A stretch of 64,000 nt of DNA from Squalus acanthias. Lineage: Eukaryota. Position 1 is the first letter of the stretch; each line of letters starts with the position of its first letter. The stretch spans positions 138,076,001-138,140,000 of the forward strand of contig CM059431.1 in assembly GCA_030390025.1 (NCBI GenBank). Direction: 5' to 3'. Position numbers and translations under genes: made by a program. Shown in pieces: positions 61,471-64,000 of this stretch. Under the pieces are notes generated by a model that did not search any database, was not told the DNA's origin, and saw only the letters and a program-made list of their open reading frames with translations.

Positions 61471-62784
61471 ATTAATATTTAAATTCTGTACTTACAGCCA
61501 AAGAAATGGGCCCAGATTCACAGACTGTTCCGGCAGGGCAGAAAATGAGTGGGGTCATAACCTCGAGGTAAATGCAAAACAGGACCAGATTGGCTCCGCC
61601 CCAAAGGGCACTGATTGCATTTAGCAGCAGCCACGTCGCCACATTCGAAGAATAAGGAAAAGATTACTAAAATATCTGAGTTTAGTGATGTATACACAAT
61701 GCAGTTTTTTGTGTGGGTGGAAAATCAAATTGAAAGCGCGCATCTGAAGATACTAAGGAGTTAAAATTTCCATACAAAACGGATTTATTCCAATAAAAAT
61801 CGAATAATAGAAGCTTACAGCAAAGAAGAAGGCCATCAGGTCCATAAAGTCTGTGCCGGCTCTTTGAAAGAGCAATCAAATTAGAGTCTACTTTTTCTTT
61901 CTGGAAACAACATTTGACCTAGTATGGCAAGATATGTAGTTGGCTTAAAAGAGAAACAGAAGAATTGAGATTTATTTCAATCTAATTTGTAGAAGAAAAT
62001 GTTTTTCTATGTTGGATTCTGCAGTGCAATTTGAATAGTGGGAAACTGCACTGATCAGGGGTAGAGTCTAAAGAACAGATAATGAAATCCCGGCTAGACA
62101 GTCATTAGGAACACAGGAACATAGGAACAGGATAAGTTCATTCAGCCCCTCGAAACTGTTCCGCCATTCAGTTAGATTATTTTTGATCTCTAGCATAATT
62201 CCATCTAGCCGCCTTGGTTCCGAATAGCGTTAATACTCTTGCCTAGTAAAGGTGCAACGAGAGCAATTGTTTGGAATTACAACTGGGCCTAGTGGGTAAA
62301 ACACATTGGTGTAGATGTTAAAAAAGGCTGCCGATTCGTTTTCCTACTAAGGAAGTCCAATTTAATCCCAGTGAGTGTAAAACATTCAATATAGTTTAAG
62401 AAATCAATAGAATTAAATATCGGGCCGGCTGTCTAACGGGCGACCGATGCACTACCGCTTGTGTTACCGCCCTGCAATTTTCCAATGTCATCCCCAAGAA
62501 CTACCCAATTATACGGCTTACCACATATCTAAACAATCCCAGTTAAAGGTTACTTTGTTAATATGTCAATAATCAGCTCAGCAAACAGAATGTCAAATTA
62601 GAGCAGTATTCCGTGCAATGGACTATTTTGTTTAAATGGAGAGTCATTGTGGAGATACTTACAAGGCCTGCAGATGATGTCTTACCCACAATGCACCACA
62701 GGCTCCCAGAAAGTATAAACTGGGAAATAAATGAGAAATATCAATTACACTTGATGAAGCCTGTGTATAATTATTGCAAGACAG

Positions 62785-63250
62785 AATCACGACTAGGTCA
62801 TTCAGCCCCTGGAGCCTGTTCCGCCTGTTAATTAGATCATGGCTGATCTATAATTTGACTTCATCTACCTGCCTTGGTTCCATAGCCCTCAATAACCTCT
62901 TGCATGTGACATACATCGATCAGACTCAGTTTTGAAATTTACAATTGACCCCCACCCTCAACAGCTATTGGAGAGAGACAGGACCAGATTTTCAATACCC
63001 TTTACGTGAAGATGTGATTCCTGCTGTCCTCCCAGAATGGCCTAGTTCTAATTTTAAGGTTATGTTGCGGACTCCCCCACCAGAGGAAATCGTTCCTCTC
63101 TATCAACCATGTTAGATACTTTAATCATCTTAAACACTTCCGTTAGATGACCCCTTAACCTTCTTTTCTCGAGGGTATTCAAGTTAAGACTATGCAACTT
63201 GCCCTCATATTTAAAATTAATTTAACCCCGGTATCATTCTGGTGAACTAT
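62785..63250 (-). mobile_element. Old CR1 3' fragment (smaller 3' stubs also at ~60255-60415, 61800-61885 and 62108-62248)
   Basis: RRLRGHLTEVFKMIK remnant and CR1 3'UTR hairpin region. Confidence 0.7.
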
Positions 63251-64000
63251 AATAACTGTTTTAAATTCTGAAGCGTAATTCACTGGCTAATTGTTCAGAC
63301 TATCACAAGTTGAATACGATAGCAATAAACAAATAACCATCTCGATAAAAAATATTTTAAATAAATCTGGGTGCAGACTTTATTATTTCTGATTTTACCT
63401 TCGGAATTTTCGTTCCTGTAACATCCCATTTGTTCGCCATTTTAACGGGAATGTTATTCGGTTTAGAATAATCGATGCCTCCGATAAAATAGCGACAATC
63501 AGAAGAATATTACAGCAAGGTGCTACAATTCCATGCATAAAATGGCAAAAAAGTTCTAGCATCTCATCTAATCAATTCCAACCGGATTTAAATTCCTCCC
63601 TGCAGTATCTATTACATATATTGCACGGAAACTCACCGACAGTCCGTCACACCAGTGTGTTCTGTGTGCTCCCGGCATCGGTATCGGAATCAGAATTAAA
63701 GTCGTCCAGAATATTATAAAAAATATTCCCAACACAATCTGAGTAAACTAAAAGAGAACAATATTGACCAAGAAAGGTAATATATATAAAATCATACAAA
63801 AAATATCAGTGTGTGTGGGAGCTAGAGAGAGGGGGAAGTAGCGAGAGAGGGGTGAGAAAGAAAGGCAGAGAGGGAGACAGATGTAAGATACAAGTAAAGC
63901 TTTGTTGAAATCTGAATTAGATGATTCGATTAGCACATTGTTAGAATGCTTTACGATCATTTAAATGGTCAAGATGTCCTAGCATTCTTTCATGAGCATA

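Overview
Eukaryotic, transposon-dense DNA. A cartilaginous fish (shark/ray) is inferred from the HER1/CR1-type LINEs, DeuSINE-like SINEs and two-exon GPR139-like receptors; it is not prokaryotic and has no CRISPR, rRNA or tRNA genes. Most of the window is CR1-clade LINE sequence. This includes one apparently intact element (13152-17770, minus; SGNH-esterase ORF1 plus a 978-aa APE/RT ORF2) and a five-level nested stack over 1-12.6 kb with resolvable target-site duplications (TSDs). Other mobile elements are a degenerate full-length Gypsy element with a tRNA-Trp PBS, two solo LTRs, SINEs and MITEs. Host sequence comprises an inverted duplicate pair of GPR139-like GPCR (pseudo)genes, each preceded by a degenerate ~49-bp tandem array. 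Most notable: two short Penelope-type elements that begin with a minimal hammerhead-ribozyme core; modular, swapped, monomer-repeat 5'UTRs in CR1 elements; a 5'-chimeric LINE insertion; and a ZNF143-type promoter motif split by a LINE. All alignments were done by eye, and boundaries of old fragments are approximate.
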